Shown here one piece after another: positions 26,480 to 39,077 of a DNA stretch of 64,000 nt. The notes beneath the pieces are model-generated. The model saw only the letters and a program-made list of their open reading frames with translations, had not been told where the DNA came from and searched no databases. Both the position numbers and the translations under genes were made by a program. This DNA comes from Laetmonice hystrix (taxonomy: Eukaryota). Positions within the stretch are counted from its first letter, which is position 1; every line of letters begins with the position of its first letter. The DNA is taken from assembly GCA_965235115.1 (NCBI GenBank), contig OZ249438.1, positions 28,892,001-28,956,000 on the forward strand. The letters run 5' to 3'.

Positions 26480-28482
26480 CCCACACGTCCTCTCCTTTAC
26501 TGACTGCTACCAAGTTTTTATCAGAAACATTGGAGAGGTACTCCCTCAACCCATGATACCCGATTGAGTCCTATGCAGACTTGTCGTTACCGGACCGGTC
26601 CGCTGTGATCTCATGTTGAGAGGTCATTCCAGGTCAAGCACTGATCAACGTCCACTGATGCAATTCCAAATCAACGCGTCTTGGATTGTATGACTTGCTT
26701 CTGAAAAATATAACAAGAAAATGCTTTTATATAAAAGAAATTAACAGCAGAAATTATTTTGACGGGTACCGTTTGGCGATTTACAATATGGTTCAGATGA
26801 GCGGAGGTTTGGGAATGTGACTATAAGTAATCCTGTGTGAGACATCTCTCAAGGGGCAGGCTTTTCAAAGCTTGGCCACGACGCCCTCAGATTCCTTCAA
26901 TTCAGGACCTTGAGCTTGAGGCAGTCCTCCATAAAAAATGTAAACCCGCAAATGAAATCTGTCACACTGAGGAACGAGGCGTTCGACATATTGATGCCAA
27001 GCTCAGTTTGCCCCGTTAGCGAGCGTTGATAGAGCGCTTCTTTGGACTGTACGAAGTATGTAACAGTCACGTACCCCACACAACAGTGGCTCACACTTAA
27101 CCTTGGAGACAACCATTCCATAAATCAATTATCCAATCTATGGAACAGCCCCTGTTAAATTGTTCATAAAAAATGATCAAAATCTATGGGAGTTTCATGG
27201 ATTGTCATCTTCCCATGACGTTATAGCTTGTTTTTTTGATAAATATTTTGTTTTGACTAGAAAGAGCAGGACGATCAACGTCAATTTTATTCTGGAATGA
27301 GAGGAAAAACAGGGAAACTTCCAGTACTGCAGCAGCATTGAGATTTTAAAGAACACAATCCCATCATTTGCAACACTTCTTCTCTTTTACTGGTATCTAA
27401 AAAAACCGATCCGAAACTATTCCAATATTGTGGAATAGAGACTTATGGAGGAGCACCGAATCTTACCAGCCGGACATTTTTACAGTTAAAGCTAGTGTCG
27501 TGCTCGGCCACATTTAACAATGGAAAAAATTACAGAACCACCCTTGGTTGTTGGAAGTGGCGGGGTCGACACGTGAAGGCGTTATTTACGTCGGGACGTG
27601 GCAGGCGTACGGTATGGGATGCACTGACCCATTGTCGGCAGCGCCGCCTCCTCAGTGACACGGCGACCTTGCCCTCACAAACTGGCTCCGGGCCACAAAT
27701 CCATTTGTGGAGGCTGTGTGGACGTGACGAGAGCTTAATGGCGTATTATCCGGCTTGCCATAATGATGGTCCTATTGGCGGCGGCCGCCCCCGTCAATGA
27801 CGATCGTTTTGTGGAATCAGTAGCATTGTTGTGTCGGTCGGACTGGCGCGGGTCCTGTCAGACATGTTCAATGGTTGTCACATCGACATTGTACGGGACG
27901 AGTTCTGCCACAACATGGCCAGGTTACAACGGACAACGGGAGGCGAGAACGACTCGAATACCATTACTTTATTGCTCACATCCTTCACCAAATGAAGAGA
28001 ACTACCAGCTGGAGATGGAATCACCATCATATCGGCCGAACACAGACCCAGCATGGCAATGTCAGCAGTGGTTCCTGTAGTGGCTGAAATAGGCCTATTT
28101 TACTCGTGACAGTAGAAATAAAAGAACCGGGAAATAAATTCTGGATTGTTCAAGGAAGACATTAAAATTTTACACTGCAATAAATGATGTGCAGTTGTCT
28201 GCATTCATCAAATAATGTCTAAAATGTCTTCCTATTTTCAGTCATTTCCCTATCTGTCTCCAAAATAAAGGTCATTGCAAAAACTCATTATGGCTCATGC
28301 ATAATTCATCACTTGATTTTCTTAAAGAGTTCCAATAGATCAATGATTCAGACAACAGCCCACCCGGTAAACTTCCCTCGGCTCCGGCAAACACTCTTCA
28401 TCTGCTCGCGGCAATTACATGCCAGGCATTTGCGATGAGGGACAGATTTGATGTTGGCCTGATGATTTGATGTTGGCCTGAC

Positions 28483-29335
28483 GATTTGATGTTGGCCTGA
28501 CGATACAGCAGTGGCGTAGCATCTCCTACGCCAGCCTCAATGTTCACAGTGATCTAACCATCAATGGTCAAGTACTTGTCAGAGAAACTATCCCGTCAAT
28601 ATGAAACTGACATGAAGCTGTAGCATTAGATTGCCCCTTTCAGTGATGAAGTCCTCAGGGCATTGAAAACGACCGCAGTGGTGAAAAACTGGCCTGAAAA
28701 AAATATCTATTTCCATATACTTCTCTGCTTGACGGGACCAGACGTGCCGCGCCATATTTTGGCCCCTGAATATGGTGATAGCTTGATATTAGTTACCGAA
28801 TACTCTGGATGGTTTATGTTTCTACGTGGCGGGGATTTCCATATGAGCCAGCAGACTGAAAGCCGGAAGTGCCGGCGAACCCTTACCCAAACATAACGGA
28901 TGGTTCGGCAGGGAGCATGACGGAAACTCTGGTGAAACTTGTTGGCATGTCGACAGGGATAAATACCCGGATATAAATACCTGTTAAATATCAACTCACA
29001 AATTCTTATCAGATAAAGGATTTTGTCTTAAATTTCGTCAAGTATAATGTAGTACATGTACGCATATTGCCCCCACTGCAATTCAACATTTCCCTCAGAT
29101 ACAGAGATAGCAAAAAATGAAATGATTTGATGATGGCCTGGCGATACAGCAGTGGCGTAGCATCTCCTACGCCAGCCTCAATGTTCACAGTGATCTAACC
29201 ATCAATGGTCAAGTACTTGTCAGATAAAGGATTTTGTCTTAAATTTCGTCAAGTATAATGTAGTACATGTACGCATATTGCCCCCACTGCAATTCAACAT
29301 TTCCCTCAGATACAGAGATAGCAAAAAATGAAATG
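28483..29335. repeat. Tandem segmental duplication A-X-B-A-B; second copy lacks a 430-bp segment
   Basis: A 28483-28583 = 29124-29224; B 29009-29124 = 29220-29335; TCAGA at both ends of X. Confidence 0.9.
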
Positions 29336-30025
29336 CACCCCTGAGTTTGGAGTGGGTGTAGAGGAGACTGCTGTGGTAGGCGTGTTATACCTGTAGTGCG
29401 GGGTGAGATGGGCACGGATTGTGGCGCTGTGATAAATAAATCATGATCAGTGCCGCTCATCCACCACAGTACGCCATGCAGTGGTCCGCCGGGCCATCGT
29501 CATCACGGCTCGCTCCTTCCTGATGTGTTCACCTCGGAACATATGACCACCTTTCAGGTGACCCTGCTGCTGTGAGGGGCGGCGACCATTTTAAGGTGAT
29601 CTATGACGATGATGGAGGAGTCGACAAGAACAGCTTCCCTGGCAGACCTAACCCGGACAGACCCGGCTCGCCAGGGTCGGCCGCCGCCTTACCTTAGTCC
29701 CCAAACACCCACCCTGGCTGATATCTATCTACGCTTCTCACAGGTGATCGGTCATCACTCCAATAAACTGCCTGTCAAGTCAGGATTCACCAGTTGATAC
29801 GAGTAAAGAAGCCGCAGTCCCTGGGGCCCAAGGACATATCAGTTATGTTTGCGTGCGTAGATTTTAAATATTCCCCTGTTACTAGCCACTTCGCTTTTCA
29901 AGGGTTATCTCCTGAAATATATCTTTTTGAGTTAAAGGAAGAAGACTTAAAAACGACGTCTTTGTCTTATCAGTACTGGCCAGGAAATGTCTGGCCGAAT
30001 GGATGGATACTGCCCGCCATGGAGT

Positions 30026-31102
30026 GTTAGCGAGGGATACGTCTACCACACAGTCTGGGTGGTAGTGACGCCTACCACACAGTCTGGGTGGTAGTGACGC
30101 CTACCACACAGTCTGGGTGGTAGTGACGCCTACCACACAGTCTGGGTGGTAGCGAGCGGTACGCCTACCACACAGTCTCGGTGGTAGTGACGCCTACCAC
30201 ACAGTCTCGGTGGTAGTGACGCCTACCACACAGTCTGGGTGGTAGCGAGCGGTACGCCTACCACACAGTCTCGGTGGTGGTGACGCCTACCACACAGTCT
30301 TGGGGGTAGTGACGCCTACCACACAGTCTCGGTGGTAGTGACGCCTACCACACAGTCTCGGTGGACGCCTACCACACAGTCTCGGTGGACGCCTACCGCA
30401 CAGTCTGGGTGGTAGTGACGCCTACCACACAGTCCGGGTGGTAGTGACGCCTACCACAGTCTGGGTGGTAGTGACGCCTACCACACAGTCTGGGTGGTAG
30501 CGAGGTATGCGCCTACGACACAGTCTGGGTGGTAGTGACGCCTTCCACACAGTCTGGGTGGTAGCGAGGGATGCGCCTACGACACGGTCTGGGTGGTAGT
30601 GACGCCTTCCACACAGTCTGGGTGGTAGCGAGGGATGCGCCTACCACAGTCTGGGTGGTAGCGAGGGATACGCCTACCACACAGTCTGGGTGGTAGCGAG
30701 GGATGCGCCTACCACACAGTCTGGGTGGTAGCGAGGGATGCGCCTACCACACAGTCTGGGTGGTAGCGAGGGATGCGCCTACCACAGTCTGGGTGGTAGC
30801 GAGGGATGCGCCTACCACACAGTCTGGGTGGTAGTGACGGCTACCACACAGTCTGGGTGGTAGCGAGGGATACGCCTACCACACAGTCTGGGTGGTAGCG
30901 AGGGATGCGCCTACCACACAGTCTGGGTGGTAGCAAGGGGTGCGCCTACCACAGTCTGGGTGGTAGCAAGGGGTGCGCCTACCACAGTCTGGGTGGTAGC
31001 GAGGGATGCGCCTACCACACAGTCTGGGTGGTAGCGAGGGATGCGCCTACCACACAGTCTGGGTGGTAGTGAGGGATGCGCCTACCACACAGTCTGGGTG
31101 GT
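30026..31102. repeat. 29-35-bp hairpin minisatellite
   Basis: GACGCCTACCACACAGTCTGGGTGGTAGT; 35-bp variant dominates the 3' half. Confidence 0.95.
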
Positions 31103-31419
31103 TGGAGAGCATTAATAACGTTCATAAGGAGGACAAGCCAGAGTTCATTATAGCGGAGATGAAACATTCAGTGAAATGAAGGACAAGAAGGAAAAACAAA
31201 GCCGAGTGACTTTTTATGTTTGCTTCTGAGCGGAAGGACATAAATCTTCACCCATTATCATACATTAACCACACAGCGGCTGTAAACCACTTAAACTAAA
31301 CTCAAACCTCGTAACTAACACTTCCTCTACCATGAAGGGTCCTCTAGGGGACCTCACGCCAGGCAGACAAGGAACATTTGTAAAGGAAATATCCACGAGC
31401 CATAGAATACGTAGTCTAC

Positions 31420-31800
31420 GGTTATGATGGTGAGTGTAATGGATTCACAGTGGCAGGCAAATGAACGAGACTCCCGATAGTACTACCCTGTACGTGTATA
31501 CCCAAACCCCAACTCTCTAATCCTCTCCTAATCCCTGGCCTTTCATACCCAACGACAGGGCAATTATCCGGTACGGGTCCATGTATTGCCGACCCCACGG
31601 GCATCATATTTCGTATCTTACAATCCCTTGCGATCTCATTCCCGGGAGAAAATAGCACTCCACCAGGTCACAACTCTCCAAATCAAGCAATTCCTCATTA
31701 TAACCTGATCAATCATTCTAAAAATGCTCTTGTTTACTTCAAAATGTGATTGACCAATATTTTCTGGCATAATTCCACTCTCTTTTTGTTCACGGAGATC
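31420..31800 (-). mobile_element. Possible decayed LINE RT fragment
   Basis: LLDLESCDLV (cf. FLDLSKAFDLV) and VQGSTIGSL (cf. VPQGSILGP) in broken frames. Confidence 0.25.
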
Positions 31801-34007
31801 TGTTGAAACTGTTGGCAGAGCTGCTGAAAGGGACGGAGTGTAGACTACCATTAGTGATAGGTGGAGACCGACGGAGTATCCAAGAGACCTGTCTATGGCC
31901 CTTAAGGGCCGCACGCACATCCTGCTAGGCTTAATGGAATTAAATCCCCGGCCCATGGGTAATCAACCACTCTCCAAGCTATGTGAACCCAGCAGGCTAA
32001 AGCAAAGCAAATTGAAATGAAAATTACAAGACCACTCAACACGGCATTACTTGATGTATCCGGTGGAAACTTTCGATCTTTTCACAGACGCCAGAAACGG
32101 CAGCTTTCAAACGCACCGCTGCCTCCAAAGTGATTGCTGGCAACAGGGGAGAGAGTCTAGTAATTGACCAACACTTTCATTTGTTGATGACAAGTATGAA
32201 GACTATATAGAACCCAGAGCACGTCAGTTATACTGGAAGATTATTTGGGGGTCTGAAAATCAATTTGTGGCTTTCACTTTGAGGGAAAGGCGACAGCAGG
32301 ATTTAGGATTTGCCTGCCGTGAACGGATTTAAGAGTATGCCACCGGGAGTGACTGCACGTCATGCCTCACATGATTCACCACAAGCTGCTAGGACTACTT
32401 ATCTAATCTGTTATTCCCACCAGGAATACCAATGGTCGCCGTGCGTACAAATTCCCACTATCTTTCACGACAAATGCCCCTCTAGTAGGAGAGACAATAA
32501 AAAACGGATTAGATACCATGTACAGAAATCTGAAAATATTAACTTTTCTCTTCCCGCCTAAATCTCCAGCATATCGGCCAGGTGAATGTTTGTGTGGGAT
32601 GGTCAGTGTGCAGCTATAAAGTAATTTTACTTGGAGATGTGGGTGGAGATTTGTTTAAATCCGTTTAGACAGAGTAATGTTTCCTTAATACAGTGACAAG
32701 CATCGGGTGAAGGATCTGGTCATTTCACAGAGAACGGATTTCGTACCAGCTTGAGCTGTCAATAGTAAATAAACACAGCCGGTTTGATGTGTTAGGTACC
32801 ATATCCAGTCCATATCCGGCCATGCAGCCGGACGATTCTTACAGTGTAGGAGTATGGTTGGCTCGGTCAGGCAATAGTTCGAGAAATGATGCCCGACGAG
32901 TTAATTTTTTTAGGTCATTGCGCATGCACACATCGTCTTTCACGCCACGGCACTGCCAACATATTATAGGCTACATGTAATTCTATCGTAGTTTAAAAAC
33001 ATTATTCACCGAAACTAATTATTGCCAACTCCATATTATGACTGCATTAGCCCTGATCTACATACGGCCTCCAATGGATGCATTGTAGAGTATGCAGGCG
33101 GGAGACCTAGACTTCTGAAATTGCCTCGCCCTTTTGGCTCAATTTGTATTTATGCTTTTCTATATTCAAATGACATTTTTATAATCAAATAGATCCTCTC
33201 TAAGAAATCAATAATATATATATGTCGGCTTTACACGTTTTTTCCTGTATCAGTAAACCACATTCATTATGATAAGATTTATGCTTGTCATTAATTTACT
33301 TTCCTTCACCGACCGAATCATCCTTTTTGAGTTCCCATAATGCAATAATGATATATTAGTATGTCATAAAACTGTTTCTCATAAGGCCGAGTATTTACAG
33401 TGAAGTGGCAGTAGACTATATACACACAGATATTGTTCTGCTACAGTCAATCTGTCTTTCAAAAGATATAGTAAATTACATTGACAATTCAAATGAATGG
33501 TATATTAAATACCTCAAGATTAATTAAACTGGGTTAAAATGGTGAGAGCTCCCTCAATCATCACACGTACATTGACTGGTATCGATTTGTCGTATACCGT
33601 ATACAAACGTGGGTAGGGACATTTTAAACAGGTGTACAAACATATTGATTATACATACATGGCTCATTGTGGACAGTCCTGATTAAACTATCTGGTCTAG
33701 GTCAAGCCCCTTTCCTGGATATAGAGGAATATTTATAAACCAATCTTCTACCCTAGTATTTAGGATTAACAACAGTAAATTTACTTCGCGATCCAATAAA
33801 TCCATGATATTTTCTACTGGAAATGTTCTCCAGTATAAGTATGTCGGAGGGCGCTGAAGGACGTAGCCGTTGGGCATGGGGCCATCCAGGCGAGTCACAG
33901 CCAGCCGGCCAAGTCTGGCCAGCTATATATAAATTATAATAACTATGGCTATGTGTTTGGGGAGACGAGGCTTGGTCCCGTGAACGTGTCACGTTTCAGT
34001 TTATTAG

Positions 34008-34601
34008 AACCCGGCCTGTCCCTGCCCCATGAATGTGTTACGTGTGATTATGTTTGTTAGAACCCGACCTGTCCCTGTGTCATGAACGTGTTACGTGTAA
34101 TTATGTTTGTTAGGACCCCTGTCCCTGCACCATGAACGTGTTACGTGTGATTATGTTTGTTAGGACCCCTGTCCCTGCGCCATGAACGTGTTACGTTTGG
34201 TTCAGTTTGTTAGGACCCACGTCCCTGCCCCATGAATGTGTTACGTGTGATTATGTTTGTTAGAACCCGACCTGTCCCTGCGCCATGAACGTGTTACGTG
34301 TGATTGTTTGTTAGGACTCCTGTCCCTGCGCCATGAACGTGTTACGTGAGATCATGTTTGTTAGAACCCGGCCCGCCCCTGCACCATGAACGTGTTACGT
34401 GTTAGGACCCCTGTCCCTGCGCCATGAACGTGTTCCTGCGCCATGTACGTGTTACGTATGATTATGTTTGTTAGGACCCCCCGTCCATGTGCCATGTACG
34501 TGTTACGTGTGATTATGTTTGTTAGGACCCCCTGTCCCTGTGCCATGAACGTGTTACGTGTGATTATGTTTGTTAGGACCGCCGTCCCTGCGCCATGAAC
34601 A
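34008..34601. repeat. About 50-55-bp minisatellite
   Basis: CCATGAACGTGTTACGTGTGATTATGTTTGTTAGGACCCCTGTCCCTGCG. Confidence 0.92.
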
Positions 34602-35045
34602 TTTAATCATTAACCTTGTCCTGGAAGGTTTGGCCTTTCAACCCATGTGGCTTTGGAAAATTTATGTGTGGGGCACGTCCCGCGGGTCCCGTCAAGTTTC
34701 AACGCCCCTGCAAATTTATGTTTGACCTTTGTTAGATATAGAACTGTATTAGTCCTACCAGAGTTTCAATTAAAAATACTGATAAAAAAAACTGATAAAA
34801 AGAGCTAATATGTCTTCTGAGATTCAAATCTATGTTTCCTAGGCCCTTGAGCTTTCTTAGCTTAGATTTCTGATCCTCTATAGTGAGATCAGCTTCAACT
34901 ACGATATTCCGAACCTACGTTAATAGGCCTATACAGATTAAGGCCCCCTGGGATCGATGGTTGGTGGCCAAGGTGTTATGTGAAACCCCCACCCCCACCC
35001 CCCCACCCCACCCATACCCCACGCCAGGTAGGCCTCTATACTCAC

Positions 35046-35200
35046 CGTGACATGTGATGGGCGGCCCTCCCCGCCACCGCTCGCCCCCGGTCCCACCGAC
35101 AACATCCGCCCGGTCCGCCGCCCGCCCGGCTAGCTGCACCCAGTCCACACACCGGGCAAACTGCCCGTCTCGCCTCGGTGAACCCCCTAGGTACAGTACT
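35046..35200 (-). promoter_or_regulatory. CpG/GC-box-rich candidate first (non-coding) exon or promoter of the minus-strand secreted-protein gene
   Basis: Dense CpG, several GGGCGG/CCGCCC boxes, donor CACG|gtgagt at 35045; a further minus-strand donor AAG|gtaagg near 29694. Confidence 0.3.
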
Positions 35201-36307
35201 TGTCCTTAAAGATTACGTAATCCTCGCTAAAACTACACCATCTCTGTGATTTTGAACAAAAGCACAGTGGGTGGTGTTACTATCCGCGTTCTGTCCGACG
35301 ACCACCACGTGCGACTGCAAGCATGGCGCGTTCAAACCTGCCTCATATTTCCACAAGGCACGCCACATCTGAGGGGCCAGAACAGCGTTCCAACAGTTAG
35401 TGCCCCCTAGCGAGCAGCACGTATACAACTGCGTACATGTACACAGTCTGACGTCGTTGCTTTCCCTGGATGACTTTTGCGCGGTAAAACCTTCGGACCG
35501 AGGGTGGTGATTTGATAAAGTGATTTGGTCTCCTTTCTAACTTTGTGTGCAGGCTTTAAAAGGCCCACCTGTGTTTGGTTGCGTAGAGTCATTGCTATAT
35601 CTAGGACCCGGATGTGTTTTCATCAAAAATCAATTTGGTTTTTATCGAAATTAAAGGTTTCGAAAAGGGTGCCATCCAGGTTCACTGCCTATACCCATGA
35701 GGTAAATGGTCTATACGGACGACCAGATGATCCAACAATGAGGGGGGGGGGGATCTCATGACAAGTAAACCGACACACGTTGTCTCTAACGTCTTGGTCT
35801 CAGTGGCTCCCGAAGTAGATCTTCATTTAACACCAGATGTCGCCACCAAAGCTGACCACCTCAGCGCTCCTGTTGGCCTGGATTCTGACTACGAACGCTC
35901 TGGCAAACCGACAACTGTGCAGGTGTGACAGGAATCCAAGCCTCCCTGAAATGCAGGTCCAATGGATCTGCATTCTTAGGACTTGAAGCCCGTGGTGTTG
36001 TATTATTTAAATATTGCTTAATCCTAACCTTAACCCAAATCCATTTGTATTATCTTAAAACTGGGGGGGGGGGGGGGTCAGCAGGAGAAGGACACAGATA
36101 AATCAGCAGCAGCCACCCGCATCACTTGAAGGGGGGAGGGGTTATGCAGTATAGTTTGTTCTGCCTATAACCACCTGTTCTTCTTTCATAACTCAACAAG
36201 CATTGCAAGAAATTACTCCAAATTTCTCTTAATGATAAAAATTGTCTAAAGTGACACACACCTCTACGTGTAGGGGTGTGGGTGTAGGGCAATAAACAGC
36301 TCAGTAC

Positions 36308-36557
36308 ACATGTCGTAATAACGACATACTAAGTCGTCATAACGACATAGCTAAGTCGTAATAACGACATACTATGTCATAATAACGACATAGCTTTGTC
36401 ATAATAACGACATAGCTTTGTCTTAATAACGACATACTAAGTCGTCATAACGACATAGCTAAGTCGTAATAACGACATACTAAGTCGTAATAACGATATA
36501 GCTATGTCGTGATAACAACATACTCTGTCGTAATAACGACATAGCTATGTCGTAATA
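36308..36557. repeat. 20-22-bp palindromic minisatellite
   Basis: TAATAACGACATAGCTATGTCG; includes perfect palindrome ACGACATAGCTATGTCGT. Confidence 0.9.
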
Positions 36558-37299
36558 ATCCCCCCCCCCCAGTAGTCCGCGAACGCCGCAGACGCGATAA
36601 TAGGCATATAGTAGATAAACACGAGGTCCTGGGCAACCCCCCCCCCCCCTCCAACAAAAAAAAAGAGAGAAGAATTTAACGTGTATTTTGGTGACATGTG
36701 GTGCATTTTGGGGCATAAAATAGCTGAAGTTAGGGAGAGCTTGGACTGTAGAGTGGGGTTGTGCAGGGCAGGCCTAGTCCAGTGAGTGCTTGCAACTCTT
36801 TGAAGTTAGGGGGAGCCTGGGCATGTAGCACTCACATACTAGTATACAGAAACAGGCTATAGAGGTCTACGTTCGCTTTCAAAATTGTCTGGCCGGGACG
36901 TTGACCGATGGTCCTAACTTCGTATAGTCATGAGACACCTGTCTGGACGATCTGCTGAAATCTGAATTATTGACATCCGATAAGGACTGGAGCATCCACC
37001 CTGCAGGAGCCTTAACCATGTATAAATTTACGTGGGAGGTTTTCTATTGTGTTGAGAGCAGGCCGGAGATCTTTACAGGACCCACACTGGACGGCCTAGA
37101 TCTAAAGGGGTTAGCCCCAACTCTTCCTGACGTTCAATTCGGCAGATACTATAATTCTTCTGTGTGTCCGGTACTCCATCCATGCGCACAACTGACTAAA
37201 GGTTTTTCCTAATGTATAGCCTCCTCATTTAAGGGTAAATGGTGATAGGCCTACATGAAACATTAAGTACGTCATGTCTTGAAGTCTCATGACTGGCCG

Positions 37300-37891
37300 T
37301 TTCGAGCGCTTCTGTCCCGATATGTCCCTGTATGGGCCCTCATCCTGCATGTGTAAACGAAAACCGGCAACATCCTCTTCCGGTCGGTGCGCGGTAACGA
37401 CGTCGTGAACGGGCAGACGATCCTTGCAGTACGAACGCTGTGTCTCCCAGACCGAGAACTGATCCTCTCTATAGCGTTCCTTTCCCTAACCTCGGTCGCT
37501 GTCAGACAGGCATACATACACGGTGTGACCTACGTCATACCCAGTCAGATCGCTACGAGAAACCAGCCATGTGCCGACACCCCTGATGTTTGATCTGTCT
37601 GACGAAGATTTCTGGAAACACTTCTCATTGATCGTTGAATCACAGGAGAACGGACGCTGTGTCATGTGCCACAGTTAATTGTCACGGACGTCCAGTTCGG
37701 GGTGGTATTAGGGCAACAATTATCTGAGCAGAGGGTGGGCCACCGCGCTCTGCCACTCACTAGGGCACGACATACATAGTCGGTGTACAGTTCGGCCCAC
37801 TGCCATCGTGACGGAAACCACGACCGAACGGCTTTGCACAACGCCACTTAACGGACGGGGCGCCATTGGGCCCAAACAGTTCTTTTAGTTG
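37300..37891 (+). promoter_or_regulatory. CpG-rich candidate 5'-UTR exon of the SWAP70-like gene
   Basis: CpG-rich block ending in donor TTG|gtgagt (37892); the CDS exon at 41341 needs an upstream exon. Confidence 0.3.
37330..37890 (+). pseudogene. Decayed coding-like remnant, possibly a longin-domain (HPS1/Mon1/Fuzzy-type) retrocopy
   Basis: Across frameshifts: ALILHV*TKTGNILFRS, HFSLIVESQENG, VQFGP, RKPRPNGFAQRHL, in the order of HPS1 N-terminal motifs; by-eye alignment only. Confidence 0.25.
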
Positions 37892-38494
37892 GTGAGTATT
37901 AATCTTATAGGGCACAGTCTCAAGAATAACTACTTCACTTTGTATAAGTTAATTCACCTCTATAGGCCTATGTCTGCATGTCTGCCGAAGTTCTGCAAAC
38001 TGCTGTTAAAGCAAACTAGTTAGCAGTTACTTCCGCAATTATAGAACTGATATATGGCTGTTTCCCTCTGCAACGATCAGGGAAAGCAAAGACAGGGAAG
38101 GCAACCGCTATATTGTAAACATAATATAATGTATCCCGTACGTGGCACCTATAGACACAGGGTTTACCTACCGAGAATACGTGTATTTTCTAGGTTTAAG
38201 ACTGGGGATATGGTCAATGATTTTAGTGTGTCTCCCCAGAGGCTGACCGATATAACAGATGAACAAGGTCATATGGGTACAGTTTCTAGAATCACTCTCA
38301 GTATTATAGGTCGTTGCCAGCATAGTTGGAATTAGAACAGGCCTAGATTTCTCTTTTGTAGGCATGATAGGTTTGATGCTTGTCAATTGTCAAACAGACT
38401 ATATAATTGCTTTGGTCCCTCACTTGGCAGACGGCTGAAAGTTATTCCAAGTTACTACTACTAAACGCTGGCTGCAGGGAGGAAATTTGTGAAA

Positions 38495-39077
38495 TTCAGA
38501 ATTAGATATGCAAAGAACATGTGACACTCATTTGAGTGTATATAGAGAGGAAAGTAACATGTAGCACTCACATATGAGTATAGAGAGAAAAGGAACATGT
38601 GGCACTTACTTGAGTGTATCTCACATTGAGTATCTAGATAGGGGAGGAACATGTGAAACTCACATTGAGTGTATGTTGAGAGGGAAAGAACATGTGAAAC
38701 TCACATTGAGTGACTATCTAGAGAGGCAAGGAACATGACATTGTGGCACTCACATTGAGTGTATCTAGAGAGGGAAAGAACATGTGAAACTCACATTGAG
38801 TGGCTATCTAGAGAGGCAAGGAACATGACATTGTGGCACTCACATTGAGTGTATCTAGCGAGGGAAGGAACATGTGACACTCACATTGAGTATCTAGAGA
38901 GGCAAGGAACATGTGGCACTCACATTGAGTGTATCTAGAGAGGCAAGGAACATGTGGCACTCATATTGAGTGTATCTAGTGAGGGAAGGAACATGTGGCA
39001 CTCACATTGAGTGAGTATCTAGACAGGCAAGGAACATGTGGCACTCACATTGAGTGTATCTAGAGAGGCAAGGAACA
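38495..39077. repeat. About 40-bp minisatellite
   Basis: GAACATGTGGCACTCACATTGAGTGTATCTAGAGAGGCAAG. Confidence 0.92.

Noticed and set aside
29558-29697. Plus-strand exon-like stretch GDPAAVRGGDHFKVIYDDDGG...
   Set aside because: No partner exons or homology recognised.
30026-31102. CRISPR-like hairpin repeats
   Set aside because: No unique spacers and no cas genes; eukaryotic minisatellite.
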